A stretch of 64,000 bases of DNA from Endomicrobiia bacterium (lineage in GTDB: Bacteria; Elusimicrobiota; Endomicrobiia; DTEH01). Both the position numbers and the translations under genes were made by a program. The stretch lies in the NCBI GenBank assembly GCA_039630545.1, contig JBCNUU010000001.1:96001-160000 (forward strand), in the 5' to 3' direction. The number at the start of each line of letters is the position of its first letter. The first letter of the stretch is position 1. Positions 9,002 through 17,389 of this stretch are shown piece by piece. The notes beneath the pieces are model-generated. The model saw only the letters and a list, made by a program, of their open reading frames with translations, had not been told where the DNA came from and ran no database searches.

Positions 9002-10963
9002 ATGAAAGAAAATATAAATGATAAAATAACCTTCAACAAAGAAGCCTTGGAGTATAAAATTCTTAAAACAACCAAAACACTAAAGAATTTTAAAATTGGT
9101 TTTGTTTTGTTTATAATAGGTGTTATTGTATTTTTTTTAGAAGTATGTCCACCACCGGGTAGATTAAGTTTTAACTGGTGGCTTTTGTTTTTTTGTGTTG
9201 TTAGTTTTTTTTGGGGGTTTTTATGTAAAGATTATAGCATAGCTGGGCTTATATTGCCAACAGCTAATGGACTTTCAACATTTTTGTCTTCTTACTATTA
9301 TCCTGTAGTATCACTTTTGATTTTATTTTTAGTTTTGGGTTTTGTTTTATCTAATAAATTTAGTGGGAATATTTTTTATAATTATAATAAAAATAAAGCT
9401 ATAATACTTTTAGTGTTTTTATTCTTTATAATAAATATAATTTCAGCATTCTGGAGTTTCTTTTATCTTATATACCCTGGGATAGTTTATCCTGTTAATT
9501 ATAAAGGTGAAGATAGTTTTAATATGGTAGTGCATGTGGTAGGATATTTTTTTGTTCCTTTTGTGGTTAGTATCTTGTTGTTTATTTTGAACTTGCTTTT
9601 TAAAAGTGAGATCGAAATTGAAAAGTTTTTTAAATTTTTAATAATAGGTTTTATAATTGCTTGCATTGGTGGAATTTTTCAGCATTTTGGAGTTATAACA
9701 ACTAATTTTGGTTACGGAGTTCCATGGGAAAAAAGGATAAATAGTTCCTTTTCTAATGTTAATTCTTTTGCTTTAAGTTCTTCGTTAGTTGTTTTTATTT
9801 TTGCTTATTATTTACTTGTTTTTAGAAAACTTGAATATAAAATAGTAACTTTTATTGCTATAGGACTTATTGTCAGTACAAATTTGTTACTTACAGGTTC
9901 TAGAAGTGCTTTAGTTCTTATGATTTTAGTTGCTGTTTTCAGTGTTTTATATGTAATAAGTAACCGAAAAGTTTTTTTTTCTGTTAAATTAGTTTTTTTT
10001 ATTTTAATACTTATTTTTATTTTTTGCTTTTTGATATTAAAAATAAATACTTTCGGGTTAACTAGAATTTTGAAAACCAATTTAAAAGAAGAAATACAAG
10101 GTAGAAGTATTTTTTGGAAAGTTGGATGGAGACTTTTTAAAAACAATATATTAGTTGGGAATGGAATAAAAAGTGTTTATATAAATTTTTACAATATTAT
10201 TCAATCAGGATATTTATCAGATAATGCTTGTAATACTTATGTACATTTTCTTGCGGAGATAGGAGTGTTAGGTTTGTGTTTGTTTGGTTTAATTGTTGTT
10301 TTTATTTTAAAGTCCTTTTTTTATTCAGTAAAAAATAAAAACCATTTTGAAGTAATAATAAGCATAATTCTGGTTTGTTTTTTAATTGTAAGTTTTTTTG
10401 GTCACCACTTAGATGCAGAAGAAGTTTCTATTTTGTTTTGGATGCTGCTTTCTTTTGTCTCTCATGATAAAATTTTTGAAAAAAATTTTTATATAACAAA
10501 GTGGATAGTTTTTGGATTAGTAAGTTTATTTTTTTTAATATCTTCTTATGTAAACATTAAAAAATTGAAAAACTTTAATGTTTTAATGTATAAACCTTAT
10601 GCAGGTATATATGGCAAAGAAAAATTTCAAGACAAAAAAAATGTATTTTTTACAGATAAATACGCTATATTTAGCACTAAATATTTTAAAAGTAATAAAG
10701 TTATTCTAGAATTTTACAACAAGCACATAAAAGATCAAGAAGTAACTGTGTTTTTAGATATGCAAAAATATTCTACTTTAAAACTAGAACCAGACAGATG
10801 GTGTCGGTTAGAGGTAGCTTTAGATAAACCTGAGATTTCAACTATAAAGATTATAGTAAAAAAAACTTATTACGAAGCAGGAATGTTAAGATACATCTTT
10901 CCATTTATCGGTAAAGATTACAGGCGCTTAGGAGTACTTGTTAGTTTTTATGAACTTAACTAA
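9002..10963 (+). CDS. O-antigen ligase-like (Wzy_C) membrane protein with C-terminal soluble domain
   Basis: Many TM helices; RINSSFSNVN, LTGSRSA, R..FW, GNG and LAEIGVLG motifs. Confidence 0.7.
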   Translation: MKENINDKITFNKEALEYKILKTTKTLKNFKIGFVLFIIGVIVFFLEVCPPPGRLSFNWWLLFFCVVSFFWGFLCKDYSIAGLILPTANGLSTFLSSYYYPVVSLLILFLVLGFVLSNKFSGNIFYNYNKNKAIILLVFLFFIINIISAFWSFFYLIYPGIVYPVNYKGEDSFNMVVHVVGYFFVPFVVSILLFILNLLFKSEIEIEKFFKFLIIGFIIACIGGIFQHFGVITTNFGYGVPWEKRINSSFSNVNSFALSSSLVVFIFAYYLLVFRKLEYKIVTFIAIGLIVSTNLLLTGSRSALVLMILVAVFSVLYVISNRKVFFSVKLVFFILILIFIFCFLILKINTFGLTRILKTNLKEEIQGRSIFWKVGWRLFKNNILVGNGIKSVYINFYNIIQSGYLSDNACNTYVHFLAEIGVLGLCLFGLIVVFILKSFFYSVKNKNHFEVIISIILVCFLIVSFFGHHLDAEEVSILFWMLLSFVSHDKIFEKNFYITKWIVFGLVSLFFLISSYVNIKKLKNFNVLMYKPYAGIYGKEKFQDKKNVFFTDKYAIFSTKYFKSNKVILEFYNKHIKDQEVTVFLDMQKYSTLKLEPDRWCRLEVALDKPEISTIKIIVKKTYYEAGMLRYIFPFIGKDYRRLGVLVSFYELN

Positions 10964-12080
10964 CATAAAAGTAGCTTTAGTTCATGATTGGCTTACTGGG
11001 ATGCGAGGAGGAGAAAAGGTGCTTGAGGCGTTGTGTGAAATTTTTCCGTCAGCGGATATTTATACTTTAGTTTATATTCCAGGTAGTACTTCAAAAATTA
11101 TAGAAGACAGAAAAATTCATACATCATTTATTCAGAAATTTCCTAATATTGAAAAAAATTATAGATATTATCTGCCAGTTATGCCGTTAGCAATATCTCA
11201 ATTTGATCTTTCTGGTTATGATTTAGTTATAAGTTCAAGCCATTGTGTAGCTAAAGGAGTAAAAATTGGAGATAAAACACTTCATATATGTTATTGTCAT
11301 ACTCCTATGAGATATATCTGGGATATGTATGATTTATATTTTGGTAAAAACTCCAATTCCTCTTTTTTTGCAAAATTAGCTATGAGAGTAATTAGAAAAC
11401 ATCTTCAACACTGGGATGTTAAAACCTCACAAAATGTAGACTTTTTTGTTGCTAACTCCAACAATGTAAAAGAAAGAATAAAAAGAATTTATAATCGTGA
11501 TTCTTTTGTTATTTATCCACCGGTGAATACAGATTTTTTTGTCCCTGCCAGTTTTAAAAATAATCCAGACTTAAAGAAAGATAGTTATTATCTTGTTGTA
11601 TCTGCATTTGCTCCTTATAAAAAAATTGATATCGTAATAGAAGCATTTAAAATGTTAAAAAGAAATTTAAAAATAATTGGTTCTGGTCAGCAGGAATTCT
11701 ATTTGAAGAAATTAGCTAAAAAACATAACAATATAGAATTTTTAGGATGGGTTGATGATGAAAAGTTAAAATATTACTATCAAAATGCAAAAGCTTTGAT
11801 ATTTCCTGCAGAAGAAGATTTTGGGATAGTACCTGTTGAAGCCCAAGCGTGTGGTATTCCTGTTGTGGCTTATCGCAAAGGTGGGGTTTTGGAGACGGTT
11901 ATTGAAAATCACACGGGTATTTTTTTTGATACCCAAACACCTCAAGCTGTAAAAGAAGCAGTTTTAAAGTTTGAGAAAATGGTATTTGAACCTCAGAAAA
12001 TAAGGCAACAAGCATTGAAATTTAGCAAAGAAAGATTTATAAAAGAAATAAAAGAATTTATAAAAGAAAAGTTGATTTAA
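10950..12080 (+). CDS. Glycosyltransferase family 4 (WbaZ-like mannosyltransferase)
   Basis: VHDWLTGMRGGEKV, CYCHTPMRYIW and EEDFGIVPVEAQACG; ATG at 10950 chosen as start. Confidence 0.9.
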   Translation: MNLTNIKVALVHDWLTGMRGGEKVLEALCEIFPSADIYTLVYIPGSTSKIIEDRKIHTSFIQKFPNIEKNYRYYLPVMPLAISQFDLSGYDLVISSSHCVAKGVKIGDKTLHICYCHTPMRYIWDMYDLYFGKNSNSSFFAKLAMRVIRKHLQHWDVKTSQNVDFFVANSNNVKERIKRIYNRDSFVIYPPVNTDFFVPASFKNNPDLKKDSYYLVVSAFAPYKKIDIVIEAFKMLKRNLKIIGSGQQEFYLKKLAKKHNNIEFLGWVDDEKLKYYYQNAKALIFPAEEDFGIVPVEAQACGIPVVAYRKGGVLETVIENHTGIFFDTQTPQAVKEAVLKFEKMVFEPQKIRQQALKFSKERFIKEIKEFIKEKLI

Positions 12081-12081
12081 T

Positions 12082-13461
12082 ATGAACTCTATAATTTTAG
12101 CTGGAGGAGCAGGTACTCGTCTGTGGCCATTATCAAGAAAATTTTCACCTAAATTTTTGTTAAAAATTGGTTCTTCCAGGTATTCTTTGTTTCAACAAAC
12201 ATTTCTTAGGGTAAAAAAATTTACTGCTTTAGAGAAAATTTTTGTTGTGGTAAATAGAGAATATAAGTTCTTAATAAAAGAGAATCTTCAAGATTTAAAT
12301 ATAGATTTCCCACTGGAAAATATAATTGCCGAACCCGAGGTAAGAAATACTCTTGTTGCTGTTGGTTTAGGTTGTTGGTTTATAAAAAATAAATTTTGTG
12401 ATGAAGAAATAGTAGGAGTTTTCCCTTCAGACCATATTATTAAACCATCAGGTGAACTTGTCTCATATGTTAAAAAAGCAGAAAAACTGGCAGAAGATGA
12501 AAACATAGTGTTATTCGGAATAAAACCCAATAGAGTTGAGCCAGATTATGGTCATATAAAGGTAAAAAATAAAAGTAAAAATAATGTTTGCTATAATGTT
12601 GAAGAATTTATAGAAAAGCCTGAGTATAACTTGGCTAAAAAACTGATGAAAAATCAAAATATATACTGGAATAGTGGAATTTTTGTTTTTAAAATAAAAA
12701 CCTTTTTTGAAGAATTAAAAAAATTTCAAAATGATTTATATAAAAATTTTGAAAAATTTAACTATGATGAAGTTGATAAATTGTATGAAAAGCTAAAACC
12801 TATATCAATTGATAAAGGATTGATTGAAAAAACAAATAAGTTAAAACTCATCCCTATTCAAAAAGTTTTCTGGGATGATGTTGGCAGCTGGATATCTTTT
12901 GAAAGAATTTACAAAAAGGATAAAAATAATAATGTTATTCTTTCAAAAAATTTTGATTTAGAGAGTACAAATTCAATAATAGTAGGAGACCAGAGTCGAA
13001 TAATAGTTACAGCTGGATTAAAAGACACAATTGTAGTTGATACAGAAGATGCTTTATTAGTTTTAAATAAAAGTTATATCTCCAAAATCAAACAGATAAT
13101 TGAAAAAATAAAAGATGAAACAACAAAATACCACAAAACCACAAAAAGACCGTGGGGATTTTATACAGTTTTAACAAAAAAAGACAACTACAAGGTAAAA
13201 CTCATAAATGTACAACCTAACAAAAAAATAAGCTTACAAAAACACTTAAAGCGCAGTGAGATGTGGTTTGTAGTATCAGGTGTGGCTAAAATTACCTGTA
13301 ATGGAAAAACAAAGTATGTCAAAAATGGAGAAACTTTTAAAGTAAATAAGGGTGTTCCTCACAGAATAGAAAATCCTTCCTCTACAGATATTCTTGAGAT
13401 AATAGAAGTAAGCAGAGGTAAGTATCTGGATGAAGATGATATAGTAAGGTTAGAAAAATAG
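12082..13461 (+). CDS. manC: Mannose-1-phosphate guanylyltransferase / mannose-6-phosphate isomerase
   Basis: ILAGGAGTRLWPLSR, FIEKP, WNSGIF, WDDVGSW; C-terminal cupin with RPWG and SLQKH. Confidence 0.95.
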   Translation: MNSIILAGGAGTRLWPLSRKFSPKFLLKIGSSRYSLFQQTFLRVKKFTALEKIFVVVNREYKFLIKENLQDLNIDFPLENIIAEPEVRNTLVAVGLGCWFIKNKFCDEEIVGVFPSDHIIKPSGELVSYVKKAEKLAEDENIVLFGIKPNRVEPDYGHIKVKNKSKNNVCYNVEEFIEKPEYNLAKKLMKNQNIYWNSGIFVFKIKTFFEELKKFQNDLYKNFEKFNYDEVDKLYEKLKPISIDKGLIEKTNKLKLIPIQKVFWDDVGSWISFERIYKKDKNNNVILSKNFDLESTNSIIVGDQSRIIVTAGLKDTIVVDTEDALLVLNKSYISKIKQIIEKIKDETTKYHKTTKRPWGFYTVLTKKDNYKVKLINVQPNKKISLQKHLKRSEMWFVVSGVAKITCNGKTKYVKNGETFKVNKGVPHRIENPSSTDILEIIEVSRGKYLDEDDIVRLEK

Positions 13462-13499
13462 CTAATAAAATTTTTAAAATTTTACTGGATGGGTTTAAT

Positions 13500-15116
13500 A
13501 TGACTATATATATACTGGTTGTAATTTGTATTTTTGTTCTAGCTTACTTTATATATGCTAATTTTTTAGAAAGAAACTTAGAAATAAAAGAAACCGAAGA
13601 AGTTCCTTCACAAGTTAAAAAAGATGGAGTTGATTTTGTTCCTACAAATAGACTTGTACTTCTTGGCCATCACTTTTCTTCTATTGCTGGAGCAGGCCCC
13701 ATAGTTGGACCAATTTTTGCTGGTTTTAGTTTTGGTTGGGTACCAACTTTGTTGTGGATTGTTATTGGCGCAATTTTTATAGGAGGGGTACATGATTTTT
13801 GTTCTCTTGTAATTTCTGTTCGACACCAAGGAAAATCAATTGCAGAAATAGCAAACAAATACATAGACAAAACTACATATAAGGTACTGCTTGTTTTTAT
13901 ATGGTTTTCTTTGATGTATGTGGTAGCAGTATTTGCAGACATAGCAGCTGATACTTTTTCATCTAATGCCTCGGTAGCGCAGGTGAGTATGTGGTATGTT
14001 GGTGTGGCTGTTTTATTTGGAGTTTTAGTTTATAGAGTTAAATTTGATTTAGTAACTTCAACTGTTATTGCTTTAATTTTGATACTTCTGGGTATAGTTT
14101 TTAACTTAAATTTTAAAATAATTTTTTTGTCAAAAAATATATGGATTTGGATTTTGCTTCTTTATTGTATATTTGCTTCTGTGTTGCCTGTTTGGTTTTT
14201 ACTTCAACCACGGGATTACCTTTCAAGTTATTTTTTGTATTTTAGTGTGTTAATAGGAATTTTAGGACTTATCTTTGGAAAAAACAAAATTTTATATCCC
14301 GGGTTTGTAAGTTTTTATTCTGGTTCAGTTGGACCTCTTTTTCCTTTTATTTTTATAACAGTAGCTTGTGGTGCAATATCTGGGTTTCATTCACTGGTTG
14401 CTTCTGGAACAACTTCTAAACAGCTTGACAATATTAAAAATGCTAAATTTGTAAGTTATGGTGGAATGATCCTTGAAGGAATAGTAGCAGCTGTATCTTT
14501 AAGTACTTTAATGATGTTGCCCTTTAATACAGATTTAAAAAATCCTCAACAGATTTATGCTTCAGGCCTTTCTAAGTTTATAAACGTTTTTGGGATAGAG
14601 CCAGAAATTGGCAAAACCATCGGGTTTCTTACAATATCAGCTTTTATTCTTACTACACTTGACACCGCTACAAGAATCTCAAGATATATTTTTCAGGAAC
14701 TCATAGAAAAACATACAAGTTCTTTAATAGATAGAATAGTTGCTACTCTGGTGTCGCTTTTGTTGCCTTTTATTCTTTTAAGTGTAAAAATAAAAGATGC
14801 TTCTGGAAATATAGTACCTTGCTGGAGAATAATCTGGCCGTTGTTTGGTGCTACTAACCAGCTTCTTGCTGCTTTAGTTTTACTTGTAGTTTTTGTCTGG
14901 TTTAAAAAACAAAACTATAAAGGTGGTTACAGTATATCTTTGCCGATGATATTTATGGTTATTACTACTTTGAGTGCTTTAGTTTATACCATATATGTAA
15001 AAATTTTCCATAGAATTATTGACATATCTATAATTATGGCATCAATTTTAACAATTCTGGCAATATTTGTGATAATAAAATCAATTGAAAAATTAAGTAT
15101 TTATAAAAAAGTGTAA
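13500..15116 (+). CDS. cstA: Carbon starvation protein A family transporter
   Basis: GHHFSSIAGAGPIVGP, LLQPRDY, ACGAISGFH and WPLFGATNQL. Confidence 0.93.
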   Translation: MTIYILVVICIFVLAYFIYANFLERNLEIKETEEVPSQVKKDGVDFVPTNRLVLLGHHFSSIAGAGPIVGPIFAGFSFGWVPTLLWIVIGAIFIGGVHDFCSLVISVRHQGKSIAEIANKYIDKTTYKVLLVFIWFSLMYVVAVFADIAADTFSSNASVAQVSMWYVGVAVLFGVLVYRVKFDLVTSTVIALILILLGIVFNLNFKIIFLSKNIWIWILLLYCIFASVLPVWFLLQPRDYLSSYFLYFSVLIGILGLIFGKNKILYPGFVSFYSGSVGPLFPFIFITVACGAISGFHSLVASGTTSKQLDNIKNAKFVSYGGMILEGIVAAVSLSTLMMLPFNTDLKNPQQIYASGLSKFINVFGIEPEIGKTIGFLTISAFILTTLDTATRISRYIFQELIEKHTSSLIDRIVATLVSLLLPFILLSVKIKDASGNIVPCWRIIWPLFGATNQLLAALVLLVVFVWFKKQNYKGGYSISLPMIFMVITTLSALVYTIYVKIFHRIIDISIIMASILTILAIFVIIKSIEKLSIYKKV

Positions 15117-15208
15117 AAAATTTGACATAATGTAAAAAATTTTTGTTAAAAAAGTTTAATTTTTAAATTTATTTTTAGCAAAAAAATTGCATCCTCCACC
15201 ACTATGGG

Positions 15209-15922
15209 ATGGGAAAAACAAAATTTTTAATATTTTTTCTGCCACTGTTTATTAGTATTATATATGGTGGAATTATATGTGACAGATGTGGGATTGAAAA
15301 TCCTGATGAGAATATGTTCTGTCAAGATTGTGGTGCGAGGTTAGTCAAATCTAAATCAACAATCTTTCATGATGAAAAGCCAGCTTCTCAAAATCAAGAA
15401 AAAATTTGTCTCTCCTGTAAAACAAAAAATTTAATTTCTGCTAAATTCTGTCAAAATTGTGGTGTAAAATTATCAGAAATTTCATATAAAAAAGAGCAGT
15501 CTTTAAAGTTCACAAATATAGATGCTTCAAAAAAAACAGGGGCTATTGTTTTTTCTATGCTGTTCCCAGGAGCAGGACACATCTATTTAGGTCATAAGCA
15601 AGAAAAAATAAAAGGGATAATTCTTGCCTCTGCATCTGGGGGTTTGATTTTAAGTAGCATCTTAATGTGGAGTTATGCCGAAGCAAGATATAAAGAATAT
15701 GAAGACACCAAAGATGAGTTTGCCTATGAAGATTATTCATCAAGTATAGATATTGTAAACTTTTTGCTTGTGACACTTGCTGGTGTATGGGTTTATAATG
15801 TAGTAGACATCTTCATTACTACTTCAAAAGTTGGCAAATTTTCACATTTTGGTAAGGATTTTGAAATTTCAATAAATTTTTCGTCTAAGAAGTTTGAAGT
15901 ATGTTTTGCTAAAAAATTTTAA
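15209..15922 (+). CDS. Double zinc-ribbon membrane protein
   Basis: Signal-like N-terminus, four CxxC pairs, then SMLFPGAGHIYLG and TM helices. Confidence 0.65.
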   Translation: MGKTKFLIFFLPLFISIIYGGIICDRCGIENPDENMFCQDCGARLVKSKSTIFHDEKPASQNQEKICLSCKTKNLISAKFCQNCGVKLSEISYKKEQSLKFTNIDASKKTGAIVFSMLFPGAGHIYLGHKQEKIKGIILASASGGLILSSILMWSYAEARYKEYEDTKDEFAYEDYSSSIDIVNFLLVTLAGVWVYNVVDIFITTSKVGKFSHFGKDFEISINFSSKKFEVCFAKKF

Positions 15923-15949
15923 ATTCTAATTAAAAAGGAGGTACAAAAT

Positions 15950-17188
15950 ATGAAGCATAAAATAATAAAAATAGCTACAGCAATACTGGTTGTTGTGTTG
16001 TTTTTTAGCTGTAGCCAAAGAAAAACTGCTCCATCGAGTGCACAAACCCAAACATACTCATTAAATGTGATTATTAACCCTCCCGGTGCAGGAACAGTTA
16101 CACTTAATCCTTCCGGACCCACATACAACGCAGGAACAGTTGTAACACTTACAGCCACCCCACACAGTGGATATGTGTTTTCTAGTTGGGCTGGAGATTT
16201 AACCGGGACAACAAATCCTGCTACTATTACTATGAACTCAAACAAAACTGTAGTAGCTAACTTTACTCAAACCGGAAGTGGCGGTGGTGGCAGTGGTGGT
16301 GGCAGTGGTGGTGGCAGCGGTGGTGGCGGCGGTACTACTACTACTTATACTCTTAATGTATTAATTTCTCCACAAGGAGCGGGAGCAGTTACCTTAAATC
16401 CTGCAGGGGGGACGTATCCTGCTGGGACTCAAGTTACACTTACAGCAACTCCTTATTCAGGTTATATATTTTCATCTTGGTCAGGTGACCTAACAGGAAC
16501 TTCAAATCCTGTAACAATTATTATGAACTCTAATAAATCTGTAACAGCTGTTTTCACTGCCTCTGGTGGTGGCAGTGGCGGTGGCGGTGGTGGTGGCGGC
16601 GGTGGTGGTGCTGATACTGCAAAATATAATTTTGAGACTACTGCTCAAGGTTGGCAGGCACAAACTTGGAGGGATTCTCAAGGAATTACTGCTGTAGCAA
16701 GAGATACATCAAAAGCAAAAAATGGAGTGGCAAGCTTAAGGTGTACGGTAAATATACAGGGAGGAGATGAAACAGTTTTACCTAACACAAAAGGTGAAGC
16801 ATGGGTAGATATGCAAAATAATCGCCCTTCTGGAGTTACTACTGTGCCTGTAAATTTATCTAATGCAACTGTTTCTGTATGGGTATTCTTACCAGATGAA
16901 GCAGCAGGAGATCCACAAAAACCAAATGGTATTCAGATTTTCTTTAAAGATAGCAATTGGAAAAATAGATATAGTTCTTGGAAAAACATAGGTAATCCAC
17001 CTTATGGACTTGAAACGAATACTTGGGTGCAGATTACGATTGATTGTGCTACTGAACAGTGGGCATATGATGAAGCAGGATTTGATATGACTAAAGTTAG
17101 AGCAGTTGGTGTAAAAATTGGAACTGGTGGTGGCTCAACAGCTACATTTAATGGCTACATCTGGATTGATTCTTTTGATTGGCAGTAA
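15950..17188 (+). CDS. Surface lipoprotein: 2 divergent InlB B-type repeats, Gly linkers, C-terminal CBM-like domain
   Basis: Lipobox FFSC; two ~73-aa repeats (VTLTA...GYxFxxWxGD...ANF); Trp-rich C-terminal beta domain (YNFE...QGW...YIWID); strong SD AAGGAGG. Confidence 0.8.
   Translation: MKHKIIKIATAILVVVLFFSCSQRKTAPSSAQTQTYSLNVIINPPGAGTVTLNPSGPTYNAGTVVTLTATPHSGYVFSSWAGDLTGTTNPATITMNSNKTVVANFTQTGSGGGGSGGGSGGGSGGGGGTTTTYTLNVLISPQGAGAVTLNPAGGTYPAGTQVTLTATPYSGYIFSSWSGDLTGTSNPVTIIMNSNKSVTAVFTASGGGSGGGGGGGGGGGADTAKYNFETTAQGWQAQTWRDSQGITAVARDTSKAKNGVASLRCTVNIQGGDETVLPNTKGEAWVDMQNNRPSGVTTVPVNLSNATVSVWVFLPDEAAGDPQKPNGIQIFFKDSNWKNRYSSWKNIGNPPYGLETNTWVQITIDCATEQWAYDEAGFDMTKVRAVGVKIGTGGGSTATFNGYIWIDSFDWQ
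16274..16333 (+). repeat. Low-complexity (GGN)n repeat encoding a GS/G linker
   Basis: ggtggtggcagt units; a second poly-Gly tract lies at about 16565-16609. Confidence 0.85.
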
Positions 17189-17200
17189 TTTTTGTGTTGA

Positions 17201-17246
17201 AAAGAGGGGGTACTCTTTTAATGAAGCGAGAGTGCCCCCTCTCTTT
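17201..17246 (+). terminator. GC-rich stem-loop (terminator or 3' stabiliser)
   Basis: GAGGGGGTACTCT / AGAGTGCCCCCTC inverted repeat just after the stop codon; short T tail. Confidence 0.65.
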
Positions 17247-17266
17247 AAATTGTATAAATTTTAATT

Positions 17267-17345
17267 TCAGTTTCATCTTTTAAAAAGGAGAGCTATTTTA
17301 AATCTTATATTAGAAAGATAGCTCCTTTTTAATAGATGAAATTGA
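17267..17345 (+). promoter_or_regulatory. Long imperfect hairpin containing SD and anti-SD sequences
   Basis: Arms TCAGTTTCATCTTTTAAAAAGGAGAGCTATTTT and AAAGATAGCTCCTTTTTAATAGATGAAATTGA are near reverse complements. Confidence 0.6.
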
Positions 17346-17389
17346 TATAAATTTAAAATTTTAATGATCAAAAAAGGAGAAGCAAATTT

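Noticed and set aside
15112..15142. Direct repeat TGTAAAAAATTT flanking TTGACA as an operator/promoter
   Set aside because: Very AT-rich, so plausible by chance; no convincing -10 at proper spacing.
15176..15191. Sigma54-like -24/-12 element (TAGCA-N6-TTGCA)
   Set aside because: Spacing fits but the invariant GG is AG, and the context is low-complexity A/T sequence.
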